Shown: piece by piece, positions 50,931 through 63,337 of the stretch
Position numbering within the stretch: position 1 is the first letter of the stretch
Layout: every line of letters begins with the position of its first letter
NCBI GenBank assembly: GCA_950097015.1
Contig: CATNEN010000039.1
Coordinates: 5,828,001 to 5,892,000 of the forward strand
Reading direction: 5' to 3'
DNA length: 64,000 nt
Source of the DNA: Macrostomum hystrix
Lineage: Eukaryota; Animalia; Platyhelminthes
Notes under the pieces: generated by a model
What the model was told of the DNA's origin: nothing
The model's database searches: none
Seen by the model: only the letters and a program-made list of their open reading frames with translations
Made by a program: the position numbers and the translations under genes

Positions 50931-51268
50931 CCTTATTTCGAGGAGATTATATGATATAATATCCTAGTTTTGTCAAATAATCTCACCAAAAATTACCATA
51001 GACAACACATTCCCGGCTCAGAATAGTACAATTTATTAACGATTAAATAAGCAATCGTATTTTATATAGTCCTAGTTAGAAACATAAAAATGACTTTGAA
51101 AGTGGCTATCGTGATCCCTATAGCATGACATTACTGTCTATGGCCTCGGGATGCTGCGCGCCCCAGCCAAGACTAGAATAGAATAGAAAAGACGTCTAGA
51201 ATTTTCTGCCAGGCTTTTCTGCCAACAGCTAACAGCTAAAGTACTCGAATTAATCCAGTGGCCTGATC

Positions 51269-52549
51269 ATGAAAAGCTTCATGCTCTTCCCAAGGCATTC
51301 TGCCAGCTCTGAGAGTATCGCTTCCCTCGACAAGGCAATTAAAGTAACCGGACCGGAGTTTATCAGCGCCCTGAAGGACGCCATGGTTGAGATTGACGCC
51401 GGCGCTAAGCACCGGGTCGAAGTTCATGCTCTAGCTGGCTTCTTAGTCGCCTTTTACACCAACGATATCAATCAGCATCTGAGCGAAGCGCATCTCACCC
51501 AGCTAACGTTCACATTTCGCATCGAGTCTGTGGAGAAGACGCGTAACTGCTTGTTGGCCCTGTTCCACTCTCATGGCGCTACAAAGGTCGTACAGACCAA
51601 GCGGCACAAGGAGAACTTTCTGGTGCCGACTGAGGATTTTGTTTCCTACCTTAGCAGAAGAACTTATTTTCGAATTGAGAGCGAAGCTTCACTGCAAGTG
51701 ACAGCCTTTGAGTTTCCGGTTCGCGAGGCTCCAGTCGGTGACATCTCGTCCTTAAACTCATCAAAGCAACCGCCTTTGGACACAGGTTTGAACAGGACTG
51801 CAATTTTTCGCTCTATAAAAATGTGCTGTTGTCGAGATGCCCAACATTCTTTCACCAGTCGCTATCATTCTGAGATATTATGAGTTTGAAAAGGGCCTGC
51901 ATCCACATAGCAGAAATTCTTTAAACCCCAATGCGTCTGTACGTTGGTTTGACAACTCATATGACTAAGGGTGGCCAAAAACCACCTAAGATTCAAGTCT
52001 CATTTGCAACGACTCTGCAAGGTACTACAGAAAATAATTGTTGCGATTTATTTCTCTATATTTACCATCCTTGCAGAAGTACCACGCGAAAAAATCTGGC
52101 TAAAGCAGGACTTGGTCATGGCAAACTTTTTGCACTTCTTGGTGAACATGTTCGCTCGTGTGATTCCGGGTAATCTGCTCTACAGTTTGGACGCCGATTT
52201 CACCGGAGACTTCTTTGTTTGCATAAAGTTCCTACAGGAGACTCTGCTGGCGAATCCCATGGACCTCAGAAGCATCTACGAGCGCATTTGGGACCAGTTT
52301 CAGCACCTGAACCGCAATGCGAAACGCTTCACAAGGGTAGAAGATTTGCGACTGTACTGCCTCCCCATCATCAACAACAACTGGGCATTGTCCGTGCGGC
52401 GCCACATGTCGTCAGAGTGTCTTAACGGATTAATTGATAAGGCAGCGTTTGTGAAGGTCTGCAGCGACTGCATTATGTGGACCAGAGTCGATAAGAAACA
52501 TTCTGTCAAAGACAGAGTTAGGAAGCATAGAAACGATGCTCATAATTAA
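51269..52549 (+). CDS. Orphan protein of about 330 aa, probably two exons (51269-51785, 52077-52549)
   Basis: Two long globular-looking ORFs joinable through the phase-1 donor ACAG|gtttga and acceptor ccttgcag|AA; no family recognised. Confidence 0.55.
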
Positions 52550-53761
52550 AGGCAATCAAAGACAAAGGTTCAAGAGATTGTTCTTGCAGTCCAAATATTG
52601 TTTATTAACGGGTCTTTACGAGACGTACTATATTACTTAGTAGTGTCGAAAGTGCGTGTTAGGCAACTGTTACAACTAAATTTTTACTTGGTTTATTGTT
52701 GCATTTAAGAGCGTATAACATTTTTCCTAACTTATTTAAAAGTCTCTTTGCTGCGTTGAAAAGTTTAGAGTTGGGAGAAGTTTCATTCGGAACACATTTT
52801 CCGAAATCGGTCCCTTTCTCTTTCTGCTCATCCTTAATGACAATGAAAGCGAATTTTCTCGTCTCCTCGGTTCTTGCGGCTTACTTAAGTTTAGGATAAT
52901 GTTTTATGAGAAGACAAGCATGCATGGAGCTCTTATCAGACAGAATTCGTGTTACTACAGAGTTTAAGTTTAAGACGTCGGAAATCTTGTGCTGTGCGAG
53001 ATCGTACAGCAGTTATATTTGTGAGCGTATGTCTTAAACTGAAGCAGTGAGTCCTAAGGATAAGAAATGACGGGGTCTTCATGGCTCGGTAAACTGTGGC
53101 TATATACAATATATAACACCCCGACCAATGCAAAGAAGTACAGAAATTTCGCAAATGTTCAAATGCACCAGGAAACTAACGATAGATCAATCTCCTCTGA
53201 AACTCAGTTGCAGAAGTAGCGTGCGCAGAATTTTCAGGAAGACCTGGCCAGCGGCTCCGATTGCAGACGGTGTGGTTTTGAGTGTCAGGCAGAACGCAGT
53301 GATTGAATAGTCCACATCACCAGATGATCTGTTAAGCGACAGCTTGAGCTCTTGAATCACTCACTCACCAAACCATTGGACTGGTGATGTCCAGTAGGTG
53401 TTAAAACCTGTCGTATTTGTGTAGTGTCAGCTTGTTTGCCCTTCTATTATTCAGTACTTATTTTTAGACACGTGTATTTTGCTAAGAGTTCACCCACGCC
53501 AAGCCAGGCCGGACCAGCTGGGGGAACGGACGCCCACCACCCCGCGAGCGCTACCCCTGGGCTACGGTCCCGGCCAATCAGCGAGCGACCCGGCCTCACT
53601 ACCTGTCTACCCTCGGCAAGAAGCGACCCCGGGGCTCAGAACGGCGGTCGCAAGTCTACTGTGATTTTTCGCCTTGGCTCAAGCTACAGCCAGGCATCCA
53701 CCTCGCCGATCGACCTAATTTGGGGTTAAATTAAATGACTCTATATAACGAAGCGTGTTTT

Positions 53762-54517
53762 TGTAGTCCAAAATATATTTTCTCCGCAATTCGCCTCACA
53801 CTGTGAGAAGCACGTGCAACTAGTCCACTTGTTTTGTCCCTCCCCGCCCGACCACGCTCCGCTTGTTCAGTTAGGTAGCTTTCGGCGCTACGCGTCTTGA
53901 GAGTGCGCCGCTGACAAGGGTGGTCTAGATAGGCGCTTGTTGTCGAAGTCAGTACGTGCTCTCTTCGGAGACTCCGCCGTCAGGCAGAAGGAGTGCCAAC
54001 CGATAGGATCTGTCGGGGCAGCGCTGAAAGCAGAGACAACCGGAGCCTCTCGGGAAGAGTAGGGCGCGGATTAGGCCAGTTTAAGTAAAATTGTTATATC
54101 CAAATTGTTAGACCAGACTTGCTTCTCACTGTGAGCGCGCTATAATTTATTTCTGTGTGAACATCCTTATTCTGTCAGTATAACTTTTAAGTCAAGTAAA
54201 CGATATTCAAAGTAATTCCTATTCGTATCTGGAATCTTAGTCACAGCCGATTAACTCACTCCTAATCAAATTATTCGAGTCTTCGCGTTCATACTGTGTT
54301 ATTCTTTTTCATTGGGAGTTTCGCCGGGCCGGAGGAACACTCTGGTCTCATCGCTTATCTATTCCGCTTCGCTCGCTACCGCAGTCTCTAACGCTATTTA
54401 ATTCCAGATTTCCCTGCTGCTATTGAAACGATTGGTAGGACACCGACCCCGGTGAATAGTGAATAGTCGCTAGCTTTAAATTCCTCACGCTCCAGCTAGG
54501 ACATTCATTTTATTACA
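53762..54517 (+). mobile_element. Probable solo LTR
   Basis: TGTAG...TTACA termini, about 750 bp, no ORF, internal AGTAAA signals; TSD not clean (tttt/tttg). Confidence 0.4.
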
Positions 54518-56362
54518 TTTGGTTTTGCTTTAGGAAGCGCTGGAAGTCTTCCGAACAAAAATTGGTTCTATTGTCCACTGAGACAAGAAACTTCGGCAAA
54601 CCAACATATTTAAAAATACTTAAGAAGAAGATGCGAGGGAATTGAGAACTTGCAAGTCAATCCAGCGAGAAATTGCAATACGAGCAACCTGAAGTATTGT
54701 ACATCGCAGTGTCTATGTGAACACATTCGACTAATTCCAATATATAGCAATATATATAACAAAGCACTAATAGCGGATGAGATACTGGAGCTGTTGTATT
54801 GCAGAACATGGACGAAAGTGCAGTAGATGATTTTATTCAAGTTAACATCAAAGAAATAAATTATTTCTTGACATTAATTAAACATCAAGTTAATCTATAA
54901 CATCAATAAAATTAACTTGCCAGAATGCAAGCCCTGACACAGAGAATAAGCGATTCAACTGCAATTAGCTGAATCTGGAAAAACCACAATTGGTCTCGAC
55001 AAGGGTCTGACATGTTCACTGCAAAAGGGGGACTGCAACAAGCAGAATATGCTTCTGTACTGGCCCCGTCTCTTATAAGCTCTCCAGTAATTAATAAGTG
55101 ATTTTCAAAGGACAACTAAAACGAGCCTTTAGTGTATCGAACGAAGGAGTTTTGCCTTGTCTGTAATCAGAACACTGTTGTTGCTAGCTAGGTGCTCCAT
55201 TGTCTGTGAGCCTCTAGGAAGATAAAGAGGCCTCAGATAATAGCCAGAAACCTACAGAAATCAAAGGTAAGCTTTTCTTGACTAGCTTTCATCAGCCTCT
55301 TAAAGATATATAATCAAATATCAGTGTCAAAATAGTTTTTACGGTATATTTGTAGTAATAAAGTAATAATTAACTGACATCAAGAGACCAGGCAGAGCTT
55401 GTCAGTGAACACAATAGCTTGTTTGAATTTTCAGCTTTGATACTCACATTGAATGTGCAGTGTATGTCTTTCAAAGCACCCCATTTCCATCCAGGGTTAT
55501 GGTGGCTGCCCAGACTTATTTGCCAGAGAAAGCAGAATTTTATTGAATCCTGCTGGAAATCCTGATCAACTGAAACTGTTGAGTTGAAGCAGAGCTGTCA
55601 TCGAATGAGTTTGCAAGCAATCTACTGAGTGCTTCTGGCGAGGAAAGTTAGGCTCTGGTTCCAGACTCAGCTCAAGCCACAGACAAATGTTCTCTCGTGT
55701 GTAGCTGATCAATCCGGGCAGGCAGTGAGTCCATTAAAAAATACAACTCGATTCAGCAGACACGCCTAAACGAGTGCTGGGCAGCATTGGATATCTACAG
55801 CATATTTATCATAGAAGTTATGGAGTTCCTGACAGACGGACTTCAGTCATACTTGATGATAAGCGTAAATGGCTTGCCCCATTCTCACACAGTGTTGTTA
55901 ACTCCGCTAAACTCAGAGGCTCAGATACTAGTAATATTACTAGAAAAAAATTAATCCATTGTGTTTTCCTGGATTTTTCAAACAAATGCGATAGCTGAAA
56001 ATTCCTCAAGTGTTGCAGATTCGATTCTCTCTAACTGAATTCTGTTGAATGAAATTCAGTGCAGATGCTGCGAACTGGCATGCTCTGCCTCCTTCACATA
56101 ATAGAAACAGCATCGATGAGCGTGAAGGAAATCTGATACAATGCATCCAGACCTATTGGGCATACTTATCTTGCTTCACAATAGCAACAAGGTTGCAGTT
56201 AATTATTTACGGAGAGCAGGGAAGGCCTGAGTGGGTTATGAAGACAGGGTTCACTTGCTCAAACAAGAAAAATATCACACTTTTGAGACTTTGAGAGAAC
56301 ATGATCAGAAATGAACTTTTTACACTTGTCTCTGACTGAGAATGAGAATGAGGAATGAGAAC

Positions 56363-57535
56363 CCAATCCTTCAGATGACAGTCCAATCCATCAGATGACA
56401 GTTCAATCCATCAGATGACAGTTCAATCCATCAGATGACAGTTCAATCCATCAGATGACAGTCCAATCCATCAGATGACAGTCCAATCCATCAGATGACA
56501 GTTCAATCCATCAGATGACAGTCCAATCCATCATATGGCAGTTCAATCTATCAGATGACAGTTCAATCCATCAGATGACAGTTCAATCCTTCAGATGGCA
56601 GTTCAATCTATCAGATGACAGTTCAATCCATCAGATGACAGTTCAATCCATCAGATGACAGTTCAATCCATCAGATGACAGTCCAATCCATCAGATGACA
56701 GTCCAATCCATCAGATGACAGTTCAATCCATCAGATGACAGTCCAATCCATCATATGGCAGTTCAATCCATCAGATGACAGTTCAATCCATCATATGGCA
56801 GTTCAATCTATCAGATGACAGTTCAATCCATCAGATGACAGTTCAATCCATCAGATGACAGTTCAATCCATCAGATGACAGTCCAATCCATCATATGGCA
56901 GTTCAATCCATCAGATGACAGTTCAATCTATCAGATGACAGTCCAATCCATCAGATGACAGTCCAATCCATCAGATGACAGTTCAATCCATCATATGGCA
57001 GTTCAATCCATCAGATGACAGTTCAATCCATCATATGATAGTTCAATCCATCAGATGACAGTCCAGTCCATCAGATGACAGTCCAATCCATCAGATGACA
57101 GTCCAATCCATCATATGGCGGTTCAATCCATCAGATGACAGTTCAATCCATCAGATGACAGTCCAGTCCATCAGATGACAGTCCAATCCATCAGATGACA
57201 GTCCAATCCATCAGATGACAGTTCAATCCATCAGATAACAGTTCAATTCATCAGATGACAGTCCAATCCATCAGATGACAGTCCAATCCATCAGATGACA
57301 GTCCAATCCATCATATGACAGTTCAATCCATCAGATGACAGTCAAATCCATCATATGACAGTCAAATCCATCATATGGCAGTTCAATCCATCAGATAACA
57401 GTTCAATCCATCAGATGACAGTCAAATCCATCATATGACAGTCAAATCCATCATATGGCAGTTCAATCCATCAGATGACAGTTCAATCCATCATATGACA
57501 GCCCAATCCATCAGATGACAGTCTAATCCATCAGG
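56363..57535. repeat. 20-bp minisatellite (aatccatcagatgacagt(t/c)c)
   Basis: About 58 copies. Confidence 0.97.
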
Positions 57536-59530
57536 TGACTGCCCATTTTTACGCTTCAGAGTTTATGATGGTAACAGGGCATATTTTAATCTGCTGTGTT
57601 TTTCATATTACATTTTTCTGCTTTTCTGTGTTCTCTCTGTTCCAAGTTTTCACTTGTATGTACATTGTACTGTCTGTTGCACAGCTTTGCATGTGGCTCT
57701 GTGGCAGTTTCAATCCATTTTCTGACGCTACAAAGAGGCCCTCTAAAGCAGAGAAAAAAGCTGCATTCATTGTGCAGCTTGTGCTTGTGTGTATCTACTG
57801 TCTCCACGCAAGCCCATTGTAGCCACAGGACTCGAAACTCGTCTCCTCCAAGCACCGCCAGCCCTTCAAAATGTGCAGAGCGACAATGAAAGCTCGCACA
57901 TTAAACAGAAGACTCAACTGGACCCGAATAGAAAGCTAGAAAGCAGAAAATTGAAAGCAGAGTGTAGTCAAAGCTTCGGAGACCTGTGTAGTCTAGATTT
58001 GTCGGCCTCGGAGCAGAAAGGATTTAAGCTGTCTAGGAAATCGGCATCAACACTGAGTGAGTATGCACGGCCTTGCTGTGGGCAATACGAAACTGTGTCG
58101 CTGGGGTCCATTGATACTGAGCATGGCGCACGATTTTCCGATTTTGAATCACTCATTGGAGCATTTGGCCGATTTTTCCTGTTGCGCTGAGAAAGTTTTC
58201 CGGTCCCAGTCCCAATGCACGCGCGATGGCTGTCTGCTGATCCTGCATTAAAAAATCGATGTCTCCCCCCTATCTGGCTGCTGAACCAGAGCCAGCAATT
58301 ATCGAGGCTTGCAGTTTTTGTGCGTATAAAAGCGACATTAAAAATGAGACACATGGCCCCAGTCAAACACACTGCGGCAGAGGGTGACGCTTTGAGCAAT
58401 GATGTCAGACGCATGGGATCGGCCACTCAGCTGCGAATATTCTGACGTCTACTCTGAGCTGCCTTTAGAGGGCCAATGCATCGTGCTGGACGGCTACCAC
58501 TGCGCTGCCTGTGAGTGCGACTCCGACAGTCCACTGTCTTCGAACCTTTTATTGAAATGCTCAGTCGAATCCGTTTGTTGTTGAGTTGAACGCCAATCGG
58601 TTGCTCAGTCCTTGGACGGACGGCGAATAGTATCCGGGGGGTCTTAACCTCGGGCCGGGATTTACCTGAAAGGTACCAGCTCGTTTTGGAAGACACTCGT
58701 AGCCCCCATGCCAGCAGGCGCTGAGAATAGAACAGTTGTGAGCTTGTCAAATACCAACATTTTCGGTCCTATTGCTGAGGCCGCGGCACAGCATGCACAG
58801 GAGTACAAGACACACAGAAGTATTTAGGAATCACGCATAGGAGGAAACAGGTACCTATTCAAGTGGGTGTTCTTATCGTCGCATGTCGGTTATGCTCTAA
58901 AAGCAGTGTCATACACCTGGCAAAGTAATAACTATCCCACGATGAGCTCTGGAATTAAGATAGAAAGGCCTCTGATGGAGTTTAAGCAGTGCGCGGGGCA
59001 CACGGCCTGGCCCCACCGCTGCTCCGCTGCCGCCCGGCCTGGGTGTACTTTTAGTATTTTTGCGATTTGTCTCATAGACAGCTCTTCCCGAGCGCAGGCA
59101 GCATTGAGCGACTCGTCCATCTCCCTGCTCCCCAAATTGCCTATGTAGCCGCATCTGCCTCACTCGCTCCCATTCAGCTCCTCTCCCTGGCAAGCGCTTC
59201 CCGCATCCGTGAGCAAAGTGAATTGCCCCACCAGCCCGCCTTCAGCATCGGATTGCAGCGGCCAATCCGCAGAGAGGACTGCTAGCTAGTCAGACAAATT
59301 GCAGGTGGGGAGAAGAGGAGGTGCGATGTTTGGAAAATAACGGCTGACTCAGATATCTTCAAGGCTGAAGGCTTCAAGGCAAGAAATATCATGTAGCTCA
59401 AAAAGAAAATTATCGAACGGCCCACCAGCTGATCGAACGGCTCGATCGAACGGCCCACCAAGTGATCAGAGGTTAAAGCAGTCTGCTAGGGTCAATAATC
59501 ACGGCTGAGATGGCCCGCTCGGCATAGTGG

Positions 59531-62500
59531 ATGGCTCTCTATGGCAGTTCCGTGCCCACAAGTCTGCGCGGCTTGCTCTCGTGCTGCTACGGCGGCCGCG
59601 GAGTCGGTGGCTGCGAAGTCTGCGAGCATCATCAGCGGCAGCAGCAGGCGCAGCGAGCGGCCTGTAGGAGCGCTCAGAATCTGTTGCCGCTGACGCCATC
59701 TGGCTGGCGAGAGCTGAGACGAAGCCCGGAAGAGTCCGAGCAGCGACAGCGTCGCAGCGCAAGGACGTGCGGAGGCGGTGGCATCGCTTGCAACTTCAGC
59801 GACAGCGACAGCAACAATGAAGAACTGTCAAAAAGCAGCCTTAGTGACAGCGGCTGTGGTGAGACAAGTCAGAAATATCGATAGAATAAGGTGGAACTGA
59901 CCCCAGTTGGGTACAGTCAGTAGCTATTCAAACACTAGGCTAAAAACTCCTGGAAATCTGGCAAATGCGTGTACGAGCTCGAAGCTTCGAAAATCAAGGA
60001 AGGAAAATGAGACTTGAGTCTTGAGTATTGAGTTATAGAAATTTTTCTTGTTCACGGGAGAGTGCATTAATCACCTGCCATTCAGCAAATAGGAGAAATG
60101 TAGCGGTTGTAATTGATCGGCACCATATTTTCTTTACTGTCAAGCTGCGTGCAACGCTATTACTCACAAAACCGGCAGGTGACACGCTGCTTGAATAATC
60201 TACTTGTACAACCATCGACCAGGCAGTCTTTAAGTCGCCTTACTTTCTTATCAATATTTCCCATGCTCGCATTGCATTACCACACAAAAGTGCATGAATG
60301 GAGGGCCATCAATTCTTCTACATAGGAATCATTATTTATTTATCCGATAGATAAAGAACCCCAACACAAGCCGACAAAGGAGCAAAAAACCCTGGACTGG
60401 GAAATGAAATTTTATCATTTTAGTGCTTGGAGAAACAGCCATCTTTGGAAATAATATGCACATGCGAGAGTCGCAGGCTTGTCAACGCCTCGGGAACGAA
60501 AATTATTGTTGTTCAGAAAAGTACTCGCAACAGAGGAAAACTGCACTGCAAACTAAGAGTACAATTTGGCTGTTCTTTAACCGCAGCCCAACTATGTATT
60601 CAGTTTCAGTACTTACCCTGAATGCTTTGATTGATTGTTACAACTCACATCATGCACCATTTTCATGTCAGGCGCCGCTGCTGCGGCAGCAGCCGCCGAT
60701 GATGATGACAATATTGACGGTGCCGACTTATTCGACACTGTCGATGGCGACCGGGTGAGGCGGTCCCGCCCGACGCCAGCTGGCTCAGTTGCTGCTGCAT
60801 CTTCGATAGCCTCGCCGACTGGCTCGGAGCAGCAGCGGCGACTGCGGCAAAAGAGAAGGTGACCTTCAGTTTTAAGGCGTTAAGCGCTAACCAATAGCAC
60901 ACATTTAATGTAGCATTAGATTTTATGCAATGTCAACATCAGAGAAACTGTACTCTGACGTCATTCTTTTGGACAGGCAGCAGCAGCAGATGGGTGGCGC
61001 CTCGGGCACGCCAACCACGAGTCCATCCTCGCGACGATCCGACGCTGGCGCCTCCTCGCAACTGACCGTCACAGACGAGGACGTCGCTGGTGCCAGCGGT
61101 AGCCGACATTCCTCGGCAAGGCCACGGCAGCAGAAGCGTACGCCCAAATCACCGAGATCTCCGCAGTCACAAGCCAGCGTAGCAAGAAGTAGCAGAGGCG
61201 GTGGCAGCATTGCTGATCGAATGCCAACACCGTCTGTAGTTTCCGAGAGGCACAGTCATTCACGACAGTCGGCAGCTGCAGCAGCAACTCAGGCTGCAGC
61301 CGACACAGCCGCTCCGGAGTCGGGGGCTGATTTGCAGAGTCGCCAACTGGCCGATGGACTACAGATTGAGGACTTTAACGATGGACCGATTGATGAAACC
61401 ATTATGCAGGCGTACGGTGAAGTGCGGAGCGGTCCCGAGGTGAGTCTACAGTTTTACCCATTGAATCATGTGCATTGTAAACTTTTGTGAATTAAGCTTG
61501 GTAATGAGCTTGCTACGACAGTTGGTGTCAAATCCGCACAAAAATGGCGCTCTCAGTACTGGTGCATGATTGGCATTCTGAAACATTTAATCACCTTCTA
61601 GTGAGCTTAAAAACTATGAAAAATAATGCTTAAAAGGAAACCAAAGGACCAGTTAAGAAGATCAGCAAAGTACGAAAGATCGGAACACTTGAGACGTCGA
61701 TAAAGTACGACAATACTGCCAAGGTGGTGACAGTGAAGATAATACAGACGCACGAGCTCCCTCGGCCAGGCACCTTCGACTTCGGTGACAAGAAGGGCTC
61801 AAATCTGAAGTGGAATGCCATCCAGGTGACGCTCGCACTCCTGCCAGATAAGAAGCAGCGCCACAGGACAGAAATTGCCAAGGGCGACAATCCGCAGTTT
61901 GACAAGTCCTTCTTGTTTACTAATATTTCGTCAGGTACGATGTACTAGCATTCCTGTTCTTGCGAAAGAAAGATTTTTGAATGGTACATTTGACTGTTAG
62001 CTAACCGTCTCAGTGACCTTAGTGTCGAGTGGACAAAGTTAGTATGAAGAATCATTATCTGAATTAAATTTTAACTGGCAGTGGAATTCGGACGATTGGG
62101 CATCCGGTTCCGCGCCTACGGCTGCCAGCACAAGCGTCGGAAGCTCCTGATGGCCGAGAACGTCCTAGCACTGGCGTCTCTGACGTCGCCGAAAAACGAG
62201 ACAGTTCTGCACCTGCCGCTGGAGATGCGAGCTGGCGACTACAGCAGGCGGGTGAGCGCTTTTTGCATGCAAAGTGACGAAGGTGACAGACAGCGTATTC
62301 AATTTTAGTTCTGAGAATACGTGCCTGGAGTTCCGGATGAGTACGGGTAGTTATACTGAGAAATCTGAGTTGTTACTGAGGCCACCAGAGGCCTTTTCAT
62401 GGAGCCATCTCCGGTTTCTCTAACTATCAACTGGCACTGAAATCTCATTAGGACTCCGAGGAGGAGGCCAAGGAAGATCCCGACGAATTTAAGTTGGACG

Positions 62501-63337
62501 GTTGGACATCGCTGGGAGTCACCGGCTTCCCGGAGCTGTTCGTCGGCATCACTTACAACGCCTCCACCGGACAGCTGGCCATCGAGATCATCAAGGGCAG
62601 CTCATTCAAGCTGCCTGGCATGAGCAGAGCACCAGGTTCGGCCTTTTATGCATAAATGGCTTTTTATAAGAAACGAATAAAGCAAAATAGGCAGTTGCGG
62701 ACGTTGTTTAGAGCCGCAAATGCCAGACTGACCAAAATGGGAAAAACTTAGAATCCTATAAACTCCTATTGCTGTAGATACCTACGTGAAGATTTCATTG
62801 ATGGCATCGAACGGTCACGTGCTGCACAAGTCAAAGACTCCGTCATCTGAGGGCACTCAAAATCCCATGTGGAAGGAGAACTTCGTTTTCCCTGTAAACA
62901 AGTTTCAGCTTTCAGACATAACCATTATGGTAGCAGTCTACGCCAAGAAGACTATGAACAGAAGAGAGATTATTGGCTGGTTCTCTATCGGTAAGTTGTT
63001 AATTGACTTCTAACCCGTCACCAAAGTGACCCGTCACCAAAGTGACCCGTCACCAAAGTGACCCGTCACCAAAGTGACCCGTCACCAAAGTGACCCGTCA
63101 CCAAAGTGACCCGTCACCAAAGTGACCCGTCACCAAAGTGACCCGTCACCAAAGTGACCCGTCACCAAAGTGACCCGTCACCAAAGTGACAGTCAATGAT
63201 GACGCAAACTCCATCCACTGCCAGGCTGCAACAACAGTGGCGAGGAAGAGCTGGCTCACTGGCAGGACATGAAGGATGCCAGAGGCGAACCTGTGCGTCG
63301 CTGGCACCGACTTCTTCAGACGGACAAAAAGTCCTAG
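59531..63337 (+). CDS. Synaptotagmin-14/16-like tandem C2 protein; approximate exons 59531-~59860, 60672-60858, ~60943-61440, ~61655-61934, 62082-62251, 62452-62635, 62778-62990, 63225-63337
   Basis: C2A (IQVTLALLPDKKQRHRT..GDNPQFDKSFLF) and C2B (PELFVGITYNASTGQLAIEIIKGSSF..YVKISLM..FVFPVNKFQLSDITIMVAVY..IGWFSIG.NNSGEEELAHWQDMK..RWHRLL) typical of SYT14/SYT16; 5' exons are less certain. Confidence 0.85.
63013..63190. repeat. 16-bp minisatellite (acccgtcaccaaagtg) x11 filling the last synaptotagmin intron
   Basis: Identical tandem copies. Confidence 0.95.

Larger units (their letters stand above)
49102..51143. mobile_element. Cluster C of CCATAGA(C/T) sites
   Basis: Cores at 49102 (+), 49191 (-), 49335 (-), 50129 (+), 50996 (+) and 51136 (-); the outer pair extends to the inverted repeat gaggccataga...tctatggcctc. 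Confidence 0.55.

Noticed and set aside
55930-55998. HCVFLDFSNKCD resembles the RT motif VFLDFSKAFD
   Set aside because: Isolated; no other RT motifs recoverable nearby
58932-59135. LSMRQIAKILKVH looks like an HTH fragment
   Set aside because: Too short, with no associated transposase or TIRs
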